A stretch of DNA of 63,603 nucleotides from the NCBI GenBank assembly GCA_015231305.1, contig JADGBW010000005.1, forward strand, positions 1-63,603, read 5' to 3'. Shown piece after piece: positions 8,989 to 18,261 of this stretch. Positions within the stretch are counted from its first letter, which is position 1, and every line of letters starts with the position of its first letter. This DNA is from Magnetococcales bacterium. Lineage in GTDB: Bacteria; Pseudomonadota; Magnetococcia; Magnetococcales; JADFYX01. Made by a program: the position numbers and the translations under genes. Below the pieces are notes generated by a model. It was given only the letters and a program-made list of their open reading frames with translations. It was not told the origin of the DNA and did no database searches.

Positions 8989-9996
8989 ATGAAAAGATCT
9001 TTTATAGTTAAAAGTATCATAGTGCTCTCCCTGATTTTTTCCGGGTTGGCAAATGTCGCTAACAGTGCAGAGCAGAAGCCTTTTAATTCAGCCGAGCTAG
9101 AAAAATTTATTGTAGATTATTCAGTGATGACCAAGTGGAAATCTCCAGAAGGTCGTTATGTTGGTAATTTAAGTAACCCATGGGTTATGGCTGGTATGCA
9201 GTATGATGAAACGTTTGCAAAGAGCTTAAAAGAAAAAGGTTGGGATGTTGACCGCTATTTTTATCTGCTAAATCATGTAAGACAGGGGATGATGCAGGAA
9301 CGCTCACAACGTCGAGCTAAAATGTTGGATGATAAAATTAACAAGCAGATGGCTGAAATGGCTAAAAGAATGGCTGCTCAACAAAAAAGATTTGAGGCAC
9401 AACAGCAAGAACAGAATAAACGGGCAGCAGCTTGGATAAAAGATCAGCTGGAAGCTCAAAAACAACAGGTGCGCAATAACCCATACATGCACCCATTACA
9501 GAAAAAAAGTATTCTAGAATTTCTAAATCACTCCTCTTCTGAGGCCCGTTGGGTATCTGCTCCTCCAGAAAGTTATGAACAAGCCCAAAATCGTGCAAAC
9601 GCACAACAAAAAGCTTGGGAAGAATCTTACCGTCAATCTATAAAGAATAACCCAAATATTCCTGTACAACAGAAAATTGCTATTCTAGAGGGTTTAGATA
9701 GAGCCAACCAACCTGTAGAGGTTATTCCACCAGCGGTTATGCCAACACAAAAAGAGATGATGGCTCGTATGCAGGAGCAACGCAAAAATTGGTTAGAGCT
9801 ACAAATTGCACAGGTAAAGAGCAACCCTAGCTATTCTGAAGACCGCAAAAATAAAATTATCAAACGGCTACAGAACTTCTCAAAACAGGTTATTAATGGG
9901 CATGATGGAGAGTCATTTAATGGGATTCCCGCATCTGAAAAAAGTCTTATAAAGAAAAATTTTTCCCGTTTGGCTGATATGTTAAAGGTTAAATAG
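8989..9996 (+). CDS. Secreted hypothetical protein, Q/K-rich and helical, with three internal NP...K..I...L repeats
   Basis: Signal peptide (MKRSFIVKSIIVLSLIFSGLANVANS); AAGGA RBS; 7 bp before the RND adaptor gene. Confidence 0.75.
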   Translation: MKRSFIVKSIIVLSLIFSGLANVANSAEQKPFNSAELEKFIVDYSVMTKWKSPEGRYVGNLSNPWVMAGMQYDETFAKSLKEKGWDVDRYFYLLNHVRQGMMQERSQRRAKMLDDKINKQMAEMAKRMAAQQKRFEAQQQEQNKRAAAWIKDQLEAQKQQVRNNPYMHPLQKKSILEFLNHSSSEARWVSAPPESYEQAQNRANAQQKAWEESYRQSIKNNPNIPVQQKIAILEGLDRANQPVEVIPPAVMPTQKEMMARMQEQRKNWLELQIAQVKSNPSYSEDRKNKIIKRLQNFSKQVINGHDGESFNGIPASEKSLIKKNFSRLADMLKVK

Positions 9997-10003
9997 CTAA
10001 ATT

Positions 10004-11047
10004 ATGGTCGCCACTTTATTCTCTTTTTTCTTAACCTTTTTGTTGCTGGCACCTAGTTTGGGTATTGCGGGAGATGAAGGTGCAGCACAAAAGTCGGTTA
10101 AGGTAACTATAAAACCACTGAAATCTCTAGTGATACACCCAAGAGATGATGCTACGGCTACAGTGGTGAGTTTAAATGCAACCCAAATTTCACCAGAGGT
10201 AACAGGTAAAATTTCAAATATAGCTGTTAAAGTTGGTGATGTTGTAAAACAAGGTCAAATTATTGTCCGTCTCGATTCTTGGTTATACAGCGGACAGCTG
10301 CAACAGGCCCAAGGAGTGTTAAAAGAGCTTGAGGTAGGTTTAGAGCTTGCAAAAAAAGAGAGGGACAGAGCTGTAAGGCTTAGAAAAAAAGGCCAATCTA
10401 CCCAAGCAGTATTAGATAGTAAAATTGCTCAGGTAGATAGTTATTCAGCCAAATTAATTGGACAAAGGTCCCGGGTTGCAGAAAGTCGTACTCGGCTTAA
10501 TAAGGCAACAATTACAGCACCATTTTCTGGTTTAATAACCAAGCGCAGTGGACACAAAGGTAGTTGGGTAGGACCAGGAACACCAATAGTTACTTTGGTT
10601 GATTTGCAAGCAGTAGAGCTTGTGGCTGAAGTGGCTTCTTTAAGGGTTGAACAATTTAAAAAAGCTGGAGATATGGTTTTTATTCATATGGAAGAAAAAT
10701 ATCCGGTTTCCATTCGTGCCATTCTTGCCATTGAAAATAGTGCTACCCAAACCAGAGAGGTACGCTTGAGGTTTGTTGACAATAAACCTCCACCTGGTGC
10801 AACAGGTCGTTTAACATGGGTGGACCCAAGGGCGCATTTGCCACCATGGGTCTTGGTGAGAAGAAATAATAGCTTGGGCCTGTTTTTGTCTGAAAAATCA
10901 GTTGCTAAATTTTTGCCTATTCCAAGTGCTTATGAGGGACTTGCTGCATTGTTACCCGCAATGGACGGGCCACAAGATGTAATAATTGATGGTAGAGAGT
11001 CTCTTAAACATGGTGACTCTCTATCTATTATACCCAGACAAGATTGA
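10004..11047 (+). CDS. RND efflux periplasmic adaptor (membrane fusion protein)
   Basis: ISPEVTGKI..VKVGDVVKQGQ..VRLD and TITAPFSGLI lipoyl-like halves around a helical hairpin. Confidence 0.88.
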   Translation: MVATLFSFFLTFLLLAPSLGIAGDEGAAQKSVKVTIKPLKSLVIHPRDDATATVVSLNATQISPEVTGKISNIAVKVGDVVKQGQIIVRLDSWLYSGQLQQAQGVLKELEVGLELAKKERDRAVRLRKKGQSTQAVLDSKIAQVDSYSAKLIGQRSRVAESRTRLNKATITAPFSGLITKRSGHKGSWVGPGTPIVTLVDLQAVELVAEVASLRVEQFKKAGDMVFIHMEEKYPVSIRAILAIENSATQTREVRLRFVDNKPPPGATGRLTWVDPRAHLPPWVLVRRNNSLGLFLSEKSVAKFLPIPSAYEGLAALLPAMDGPQDVIIDGRESLKHGDSLSIIPRQD

Positions 11048-11071
11048 TCACAACTAACATTGAATTAACCT

Positions 11072-14000
11072 ATGATTCGTCGTCTTCTTAGTAATCATGT
11101 TTTTGCCAACCTGACCTTTACCCTTATATTAGTGGTAGGACTTCTTGCTTATGGTCTGTTGCCAAGGCAGCAAGACCCAGACATGAACTTCAACTGGATA
11201 AGCATTGTAACTGCGCTGCCAGGGGCTTCGGCTCAAGATGTAGAAAAACTTGTTACAGACCCAATAGAAGACGCTTTACAGACTATACCTGATATCAGCT
11301 TTGTTTTATCTTCAAGCCAGCAAGGCTCATCTGATATTTTAATTCGTTTCCAGGAGCTCGATGACAGGGCTTTTGATAAACGGGTTAGTGATTTGCGTCG
11401 TGAAGTTAGCAATAAAGAGCAAGAGCTACCAGATGATGCACTAGACCCATTCATAATCGAAATTACTAGTTCTAATGGTTTTCCTACTGCTTCAGTTGTG
11501 GTTGTTGGTTCTGCTGATGATGAAAACCTGCGAAAACAGGCTTTATTGGTACAAAAAGAGTTGGAGCGTATCAAGGGAGTAGATAGCGCAAATTCTTTGG
11601 GGCTACGTGATCCGGAGTTACAGGTCCGTTTTGATCCCTATCACCTACAAAAATTTGGTCTAAACCCTAGTGACCTTGCTGATATATTACGGTCTCGCTA
11701 CCGTGATGTATCTGGAGGTGCAGTACAGGGGCCAGATGTTTTGTGGTTGCTACGATTGCAAGGTTCAACATCTGATCCGGCAAAGCTTGCTAAAATGTTG
11801 ATACCCACAACAAAAGGTGAGTTGCCCCTTGGTCGTTTAGCAACTGTAGAAAAAGGACGTGAGAAGGCGAGAAAAGTAGTGCGTTATGGTGGTAAGCCTG
11901 CTGTAATGTTTACAGTTACAAAGCGTCCTGGGGTTAATACTATCAAGCTTGTAGATCGTATTTCTACCTATATAAAGACCTGGGAAAATCGTCAAGATAT
12001 AACTGGGGTAGAGCTGGTTTTGGCTGATGACCAGACCCATATGGTGCGCAATGCATTGGGTACAATGGAGAAAAATGCCTTGGTGGGCCTTGGTTTGGTT
12101 CTGCTTACCACATGGCTATTTTTGGGAAGTCGTATAGCACTGTTAATTAGCATTGGCATACCATTTACCTTGGCTGGGGTGTTTGGCATTTTGCAAAGCT
12201 ATGGTTTTTCTTTAAATGTCATGGTTTTATTGGGTGTAGTAATATCCTTAGGTATGTTGGTTGACGATGCCGTGGTGGTTGTGGAAGCCATTTATGCCCG
12301 GATTGCCCAGGGTGTTGAAGCTATGGAGGCTGGTTTACAGGCATTAGATGAAGTAGCAGCACCTGTGACAACATCAGTATTGACCACAATGGCGGCTTTT
12401 CTACCGCTTATGTTACTGCCCGGCATTATGGGCAAGTTTATGCGTGTTATACCCATGGTGGTAAGTTTAGCTCTGGCAATTAGCCTTATTGAAGCGTTTT
12501 GGATGTTGCCGTCACACATTGCAGCTTTAAAAATAAACTTTAAAAAGCCTTCAAAAATGCAGCGTTTCCGTAGTCGGATGCTGAAAAAACTCCGTTCAAT
12601 TTATTGTCGTGCTTTGCTTGTTGTTCTACGTCGGCCTAAATCATCCATAACACTTGCTGCAGTGCCTTTTTTTCTAGCTATTGCAGCAGTAGGCGGCGGT
12701 ATGGTGAAAATGAATTTTTTTGCCATGGACCCCATACCAATGTTCTACGTAAATGTCACCATGCCCATTGGCACTCCGTTGGATAAAACAATTTTAGCGA
12801 CACAAGCAGTAGAAAAACAGGTACATGATGGTCTTAAAGATGGTGAGGCAAGATCTGTTGTAAGTTATGCCGGGCAGATGATGACAGAAACTAAACCATT
12901 TTTTGGTGATCGTTATGGCCAGATAATGGTTAGTTTGGTAAGTAAACTATCACAAAGACGTGGAGTAGATGAAATTATTGCTGCTGTTCGAGAACAGGCA
13001 ACAACAGTTCCAGGGCCAGAAAATATCGCTTTTCTACCTCTATCTGGTGGCCCGCCAGTTACCAAGCCCATAAGTGTAAAGGTACGGGGAGATAATTTTG
13101 AAACCCTACAAATGGCTGCAGACAGCATTAAAGAATATCTAAAGACTATCCCCCAAATTAGAGATATTAGTGATGACTTTACCAAAGGTAGTGTAGGGCT
13201 TTCTTTAGCCCCTAACGATGATGGCTTACGTAGGGCAGGTGTGCATCCAGCTCTTCTGCCTCGTATGGTTCGCCTATTAGGTGATGGTGAGGTGGTTGCA
13301 AGCTTTCAGAATGAAGGTGAAAAAGTTGATGTAAGGGTGTTGGCAGAGCATAAACAGCTAGATGGCATAGATGATCTCTTAAAAATCCCTATCACTACTG
13401 CAGATGGTAGTGCAACCCCTTTAGAGAATCTTACCCACCATGAGATAAAAAGAGGGCTGTCTACCATTCGTCACTATAATTTCCGCCGTACTATTACTGT
13501 AGAGGCAGATTTAGACAAAAGTCAGATGGATACAGTTACAGCCAATAATTTAATAAAAAATTATTGGCTTGAAGTAGGGGGCAGTTATCCTGGGGTTAAC
13601 CTTGATTTTTCCGGCATACTTGATGATATCAACGAAGCTTTAGATTCTATAGCTGTGTTGTTTTTGTTGGGTGTTGGTCTTATGTATATGATTTTAGGGA
13701 CACAATTCCGCAGTTATTTTCAGCCTCTTATGATTCTTGTAACAGTACCAATGGCTTTTACGGGGGTTGTTTGTGGTCTTTTGTTAACTGGTCATCCTTT
13801 AAGTCTCTATACCTTATATGGTGTTGTGGCGTTATCTGGCATTGCGGTTAACTCATCCATTGTTCTTATTTCTGGAGCAAATGACCGTCACAATTCTGGT
13901 ATGAGCGTTTCTCATGCTATTATTTATGCAGCTAAAAGACGAGTAGTTCCAATTATCATCACCACGGTCACAACCATTGCTGGTTTATTTTCGCTAGCAG

Positions 14001-14152
14001 TAGGCTTTGGTGGACAGTCTTTGTTGTGGGGGCCTGTTGCAACAGCAATTGTTTGGGGTTTGGCTTTTTCAACCACTCTTACACTTTTTATGGTTCCTTT
14101 GTTATATCTCATATCTATGGTTAGAAATAAAAAAAAGGTTCCAGCGGTATAG
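11072..14152 (+). CDS. RND efflux permease (AcrB/AcrD/AcrF family)
   Basis: 1026 aa; PGASAQDVEKLVT, GMLVDDAVVVVE, AFLPLMLLPG, PIIITTVTTIAG motifs. Confidence 0.93.
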   Translation: MIRRLLSNHVFANLTFTLILVVGLLAYGLLPRQQDPDMNFNWISIVTALPGASAQDVEKLVTDPIEDALQTIPDISFVLSSSQQGSSDILIRFQELDDRAFDKRVSDLRREVSNKEQELPDDALDPFIIEITSSNGFPTASVVVVGSADDENLRKQALLVQKELERIKGVDSANSLGLRDPELQVRFDPYHLQKFGLNPSDLADILRSRYRDVSGGAVQGPDVLWLLRLQGSTSDPAKLAKMLIPTTKGELPLGRLATVEKGREKARKVVRYGGKPAVMFTVTKRPGVNTIKLVDRISTYIKTWENRQDITGVELVLADDQTHMVRNALGTMEKNALVGLGLVLLTTWLFLGSRIALLISIGIPFTLAGVFGILQSYGFSLNVMVLLGVVISLGMLVDDAVVVVEAIYARIAQGVEAMEAGLQALDEVAAPVTTSVLTTMAAFLPLMLLPGIMGKFMRVIPMVVSLALAISLIEAFWMLPSHIAALKINFKKPSKMQRFRSRMLKKLRSIYCRALLVVLRRPKSSITLAAVPFFLAIAAVGGGMVKMNFFAMDPIPMFYVNVTMPIGTPLDKTILATQAVEKQVHDGLKDGEARSVVSYAGQMMTETKPFFGDRYGQIMVSLVSKLSQRRGVDEIIAAVREQATTVPGPENIAFLPLSGGPPVTKPISVKVRGDNFETLQMAADSIKEYLKTIPQIRDISDDFTKGSVGLSLAPNDDGLRRAGVHPALLPRMVRLLGDGEVVASFQNEGEKVDVRVLAEHKQLDGIDDLLKIPITTADGSATPLENLTHHEIKRGLSTIRHYNFRRTITVEADLDKSQMDTVTANNLIKNYWLEVGGSYPGVNLDFSGILDDINEALDSIAVLFLLGVGLMYMILGTQFRSYFQPLMILVTVPMAFTGVVCGLLLTGHPLSLYTLYGVVALSGIAVNSSIVLISGANDRHNSGMSVSHAIIYAAKRRVVPIIITTVTTIAGLFSLAVGFGGQSLLWGPVATAIVWGLAFSTTLTLFMVPLLYLISMVRNKKKVPAV

Positions 14153-14172
14153 TTGGATACTAAAATATTGGC

Positions 14173-14227
14173 AAAAAAAAATCCGCTCTCCCCAACCGTT
14201 AGTGGCTAGGGAGGCGGATATATTTTT
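14173..14227. terminator. Bidirectional intrinsic terminator
   Basis: A-run, ATCCGCTCTCCC...GGGAGGCGGAT stem, T-run, between convergent genes. Confidence 0.75.
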
Positions 14228-14248
14228 ATAGTATAGGGGTTACCTAAT

Positions 14249-14539
14249 TTACGTTCGCTCTGCTATAGAACTTTCTACTGTCGGTAGTTGATCTAGAAAT
14301 TCGTAGGCCATAGCTCTTATGGCTTTGCCAACAGGTTCCGGTATTGTTAATGGTTCCTGTGATTTTAATTCCTTAATCGCTCTGTTAATCGAGTCCATAC
14401 CAATCAGGCTAGCTTTGGTTTCTACATCCATTGTAGATGTGGCCTTGCCGCCGGTTCCCGCCGGATCCGCCCTTCCTGGGCTTCGACTTGCCATGGCTGT
14501 GGCCTGCTGGGAAATTCCCATTACCACGTTGATATCCAT
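14249..14539 (-). CDS. Small hypothetical protein (96 aa, MDINVVMG...)
   Basis: AAGGA RBS before ATG 14539; locally GC-rich coding-like stretch; terminator downstream. Confidence 0.65.
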   Translation of the reverse strand: MDINVVMGISQQATAMASRSPGRADPAGTGGKATSTMDVETKASLIGMDSINRAIKELKSQEPLTIPEPVGKAIRAMAYEFLDQLPTVESSIAERT

Positions 14540-14610
14540 GATCTTGTATCCTTTTAAAAGTTGTCCTTTTTTTGTTATGGTTAATAATATTGTAACTGCT
14601 CTTGGTTTAC

Positions 14611-14638
14611 ATATCGACCAAAGCTTATTGCTACTTGA
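14611..14638 (-). promoter_or_regulatory. Candidate sigma-28 (FliA) promoter
   Basis: Minus strand reads TCAAG-N15-GTCGATAT, close to the FliA consensus, about 70 bp before the ORF start. Confidence 0.45.
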
Positions 14639-14975
14639 GTAAAAAAGATGATTTTGCAATATTTATATTAAAAGTAAGAAATTTTTGCTATTTGGATTGA
14701 TAGATCACTTTTTACTATTGTTCTTTTATTCTTTGAAAAACGCTTCTAATGGTTGCACAAGGTGACAAAAAGCCTGTTTTTTGTCACAATATATGTGTCA
14801 CATCACCCTTTTTGTAACATTTAATAAAATAACGACCTATTATTGAAAAATATGTTGACTTTATCTACAATGTTAGTTGAGATAGAGCATGGATTCATTT
14901 ATTCAATAGAATTTACCTGTGCTATGTTTTACATTGTCAGGAGATAAAATTTACACTTTTTTAGGAGAAGTAAAA

Positions 14976-15923
14976 ATGAAGTCTTACATACTAAAATTCA
15001 GTGTTATGCTGATATCTATCTTATGTATTGGCATAGGTAGTGAAGCTTTTGCCAAAGCACCTCCTGTAGCTATGCTAATTCAAGTAAAGGGTAAAATCGA
15101 ATATAGTAAAAATGGTACAAAGTGGAAAAAAGTACGGCGGAATAAATTCCTCTTTGAAGGTTATTTTGTAAGAACTGCTGATGATGGTTCCGCTCAGCTT
15201 ATTAACCAAATTACTAATATGAGCCGCACTGTTGGCCCAAATACTGAGTTTAAAATTGCCAAGCATGGTGGAGAGTTGATCTCAGGGCATTTGTCAAAAC
15301 CAACACAAGCTGCTGGGGGTCTTTCAGCTAGCTTAAACAAGCGTTTTGCTAAGGCTCAGCGTTATACAACAGTTCGTCGCAGTATAAATAAAAAGAAAAA
15401 AATGAAGTTGAGCGCAATTAAAGAGATTACCCTATCAGCCGCACATCCTGATTTAGTATGGCAGGGCATGGGTAGTGATATATCTTATAATGTGCACATT
15501 GATGGAGTTACACATAAAGTTGCTCCTGTCTCAACAAATATGGTCCGTTTTACTGTTCCTACCCTTACTGGTGGCAAACATAAATATTCTGTCGATCTTG
15601 TTAAAGATGGAAAAGTCATCTATAAATCAAAAAAGAGCTATAAAATTAATTGGTTGAGTGGCACTGCTCTGGCTAAATTCCATGATGGCCTAGCGGAGGT
15701 TAAATCATCTGCTCCTGGTGATGACTTCTTGATTGCCAACTATTTAGAAGAGCAAGGCATGAATGTCGCTGCTATGGACATGTATAGACAGTATTTTGCT
15801 GCTAATGCTGATGATATTGATATGTATCCAATGCTGATTAAGGCTTATCACGATTTAAAGCTTAAAGACTTGAAAAAGGCTGAGGCTGTTAAATATAACA
15901 TGATGTTAGATTCTGACAGTTGA
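14976..15923 (+). CDS. Secreted protein with FecR-like N-terminus, beta-sandwich and helical C-terminus (DUF928-like layout)
   Basis: AGGAG RBS, signal peptide ending AFA, VAMLIQVKGKIEY..W...L.EG..VRT..DGSAQL pattern; precedes a CHASE2 cyclase. Confidence 0.6.
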   Translation: MKSYILKFSVMLISILCIGIGSEAFAKAPPVAMLIQVKGKIEYSKNGTKWKKVRRNKFLFEGYFVRTADDGSAQLINQITNMSRTVGPNTEFKIAKHGGELISGHLSKPTQAAGGLSASLNKRFAKAQRYTTVRRSINKKKKMKLSAIKEITLSAAHPDLVWQGMGSDISYNVHIDGVTHKVAPVSTNMVRFTVPTLTGGKHKYSVDLVKDGKVIYKSKKSYKINWLSGTALAKFHDGLAEVKSSAPGDDFLIANYLEEQGMNVAAMDMYRQYFAANADDIDMYPMLIKAYHDLKLKDLKKAEAVKYNMMLDSDS

Positions 15924-15935
15924 TAGTTGTTGCAG

Positions 15936-15968
15936 AAAAAAAAGCGCGCCTTTGGCGCGTTTTTTTTT
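15936..15968 (+). terminator. Intrinsic terminator
   Basis: A8-GCGCGCC-TTT-GGCGCGT-T8. Confidence 0.85.
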
Positions 15969-16044
15969 GCTGGTTTGCAAACTGCTATAGTTCAGTTAGA
16001 ATAAATAACATTTAGTATTTTAGATTCGGGGGAGTTGGTCAACT

Positions 16045-18114
16045 ATGAAAAAAATCGTTGAAAGATGGGATATTGTGGGGACTGTTATCCTCTTTTTGAT
16101 GGCCATTCCTGCTGAATATTATGAAATATTCTCATTTTTAGAAGATCAGACCATCTCTTTTAGGCAGATTTTACGGGTTGGTTATGGAGACCCTGACAAG
16201 ACTCGTTTTTCTAGAGACAAAATTGTTTTAATCAATACCGATGAAGAGTTTTTTAGAGAGTATAAGAGTTACCCTCTTAGGCGAACAGATATTGGCCAAA
16301 TTGCTGAGAACTTAAAATTCCTTGGTGCGAAGGTGGTGGCAGTCGACTTTTTAATGGACTTTCCCAGTTCATATGGGGAGGACGAACCAACTGCAAAGTC
16401 ATTTAAAAAGGCAAGCCCAGTTCTCTTGGTTGCTCAAGCAGATATTGTTGATGGTGAATTTCATAGAATGAATCACGCCAATAAGACCTTAGCTGCTGTC
16501 ACAGAAGATGGTTATACCAATATTACCTCAAGTAGTTCTATTGTTACTTCGTTATCTCGTCTACAGGTTAACAAGGAAATAGCAGACCTGTCTAACGACT
16601 GGCCTTATGCTGTGAAGGCACTGTCTATGTATTTTGGAATAGAGCCAACATTGGATGGTCATAATCTAAAGTTTGGTGATAAACTATCTGTTCCACTAGA
16701 TCATAACTACAACTTTTATATTGATTTTCCCGCTCTCCCCAAAGGAACTAAATTTCTTAGTGATAGTGTTGGTCTATCTGCTATGGAGTTTATTGATATC
16801 TCCGATTTGGATGAAGACGAAATTGAAGAGTTACGTTATTGGATCCAAGATAAACTAGTGATAATTGGTGATACTTCAGAGGTCTCACATGACTGGTTTG
16901 ATACCCCTGTAGGTATGGTTTATGGGGTTGAAATTATCGCCAGTGCAATTGATACCCTGCTAAAAGGTTCTCCTTTACGCCCAGCATCAGAGCAAAAGGA
17001 GATAATTGTATCAATAGTATTCATGATTGCTCTTATACTGTTAGGGTTAATTGCTCATCCAACAGTTAGGGCTTTTGTAGCTTTGGTTATTTTTGCTGGA
17101 TGGGTTGCATTTGTCTCAATAGTCTATGTCAAGACTGGTTTGGTTTACTCCATGGCTTATATGTTTGTAGCTGGCATACTAAGCTTTGTCATGATAAATA
17201 TGCGCTATTATCTTGTTGAGATGGGCCAGAAAACTATGATCAAAGGTGCTTTTGGTCAATATCTCTCTCCTAAAGTTGTGGAAATTCTGGTTAATGATCC
17301 AAGCAAGCTGTCTTTAGGCGGTGAACAGAGGGAAATGACGGCTTTTTTCTCCGATGTTGCTGGTTTCTCATCTATTTCAGAAAAACTAACACCACAAGAG
17401 TTGGTACAGCTGCTCAATGAATACCTAACTGCTATGTGCGATATTATTGCTAACTATGATGGCACAGTAGATAAATTTGAAGGTGATGCAATTATCGCTT
17501 TTTGGGGTGCTCCACTAACCCAAGAAGACCATGCAGTGCGCTGTTGTCATGCTGCTATTGATATGGAAAAACATATGGTTAACCTCCGGGTTAAACTAAA
17601 AGCTGAAAAACGTCCAGATATGACAGTTCGTATGGGTATAAACTCCGGTTTGATGGTTGTGGGTAATATGGGATCTGCTACTCGTATGGACTATACCATT
17701 ATGGGTGATGCAGTTAACCTTGCAGCCCGCTTGGAAGGGGCAAATAAATTCTACTCATCTGGTACTATGATATCTGACTCTACCTATCAACTTGCTAAAG
17801 ACCACATAGAAGCACGTGAACTGGATACAGTTAGGGTTATCGGCAAGAAAGAGCCAATTGTTATCTATCAGCTATTGGATAAAAAGGGTGAGGTGCAAGG
17901 TGCGATGGCAGAGTTGTTAGAGCACTATTACAGAGGCACAGCCTCATATAAAGATCGTAAGTACGACGAGGCAATACCCCACTTTAAAAAGGCTCTTGAA
18001 ATTAATGAAGATGATGGACCATCATTAACTTATTTAGAGCGCTGTAAAGAGTATCTAGAAAACCCACCAGCTGATGATTGGGATGGTGTGTTTAACTTTA
18101 CCTCTAAAGGATAA
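16045..18114 (+). CDS. CHASE2-domain class III adenylate/guanylate cyclase with C-terminal TPR
   Basis: GAKVVAVDFL and TPVGMVYGVEI (CHASE2), three TMs, FSDVAGFS, DKFEGDA, DYTIMGDAVNLAARLEG, DWDGVF terminus. Confidence 0.92.
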   Translation: MKKIVERWDIVGTVILFLMAIPAEYYEIFSFLEDQTISFRQILRVGYGDPDKTRFSRDKIVLINTDEEFFREYKSYPLRRTDIGQIAENLKFLGAKVVAVDFLMDFPSSYGEDEPTAKSFKKASPVLLVAQADIVDGEFHRMNHANKTLAAVTEDGYTNITSSSSIVTSLSRLQVNKEIADLSNDWPYAVKALSMYFGIEPTLDGHNLKFGDKLSVPLDHNYNFYIDFPALPKGTKFLSDSVGLSAMEFIDISDLDEDEIEELRYWIQDKLVIIGDTSEVSHDWFDTPVGMVYGVEIIASAIDTLLKGSPLRPASEQKEIIVSIVFMIALILLGLIAHPTVRAFVALVIFAGWVAFVSIVYVKTGLVYSMAYMFVAGILSFVMINMRYYLVEMGQKTMIKGAFGQYLSPKVVEILVNDPSKLSLGGEQREMTAFFSDVAGFSSISEKLTPQELVQLLNEYLTAMCDIIANYDGTVDKFEGDAIIAFWGAPLTQEDHAVRCCHAAIDMEKHMVNLRVKLKAEKRPDMTVRMGINSGLMVVGNMGSATRMDYTIMGDAVNLAARLEGANKFYSSGTMISDSTYQLAKDHIEARELDTVRVIGKKEPIVIYQLLDKKGEVQGAMAELLEHYYRGTASYKDRKYDEAIPHFKKALEINEDDGPSLTYLERCKEYLENPPADDWDGVFNFTSKG

Positions 18115-18126
18115 ACCTGCAATAGA

Positions 18127-18165
18127 ACGACAAATGGCCTCTTGCAACATAGAGGCTTTTGTCGT
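18127..18165. terminator. Hairpin terminator between convergent genes
   Basis: ACGACAAA..GCCTCT / AGAGGC..TTTGTCGT. Confidence 0.6.
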
Positions 18166-18261
18166 GCTCATTGATGTAGATTTGGTAGTTGTAAACACAC
18201 TTAACTGGTAAAACATTATTTTGTCATATTAATATGTGGCTTATGGCTAATTTTAGGGGTG

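Noticed and set aside
14319-14642. 107-aa plus-strand ORF
   Set aside because: Antisense shadow of the minus-strand gene, which has the RBS, promoter and terminator support.
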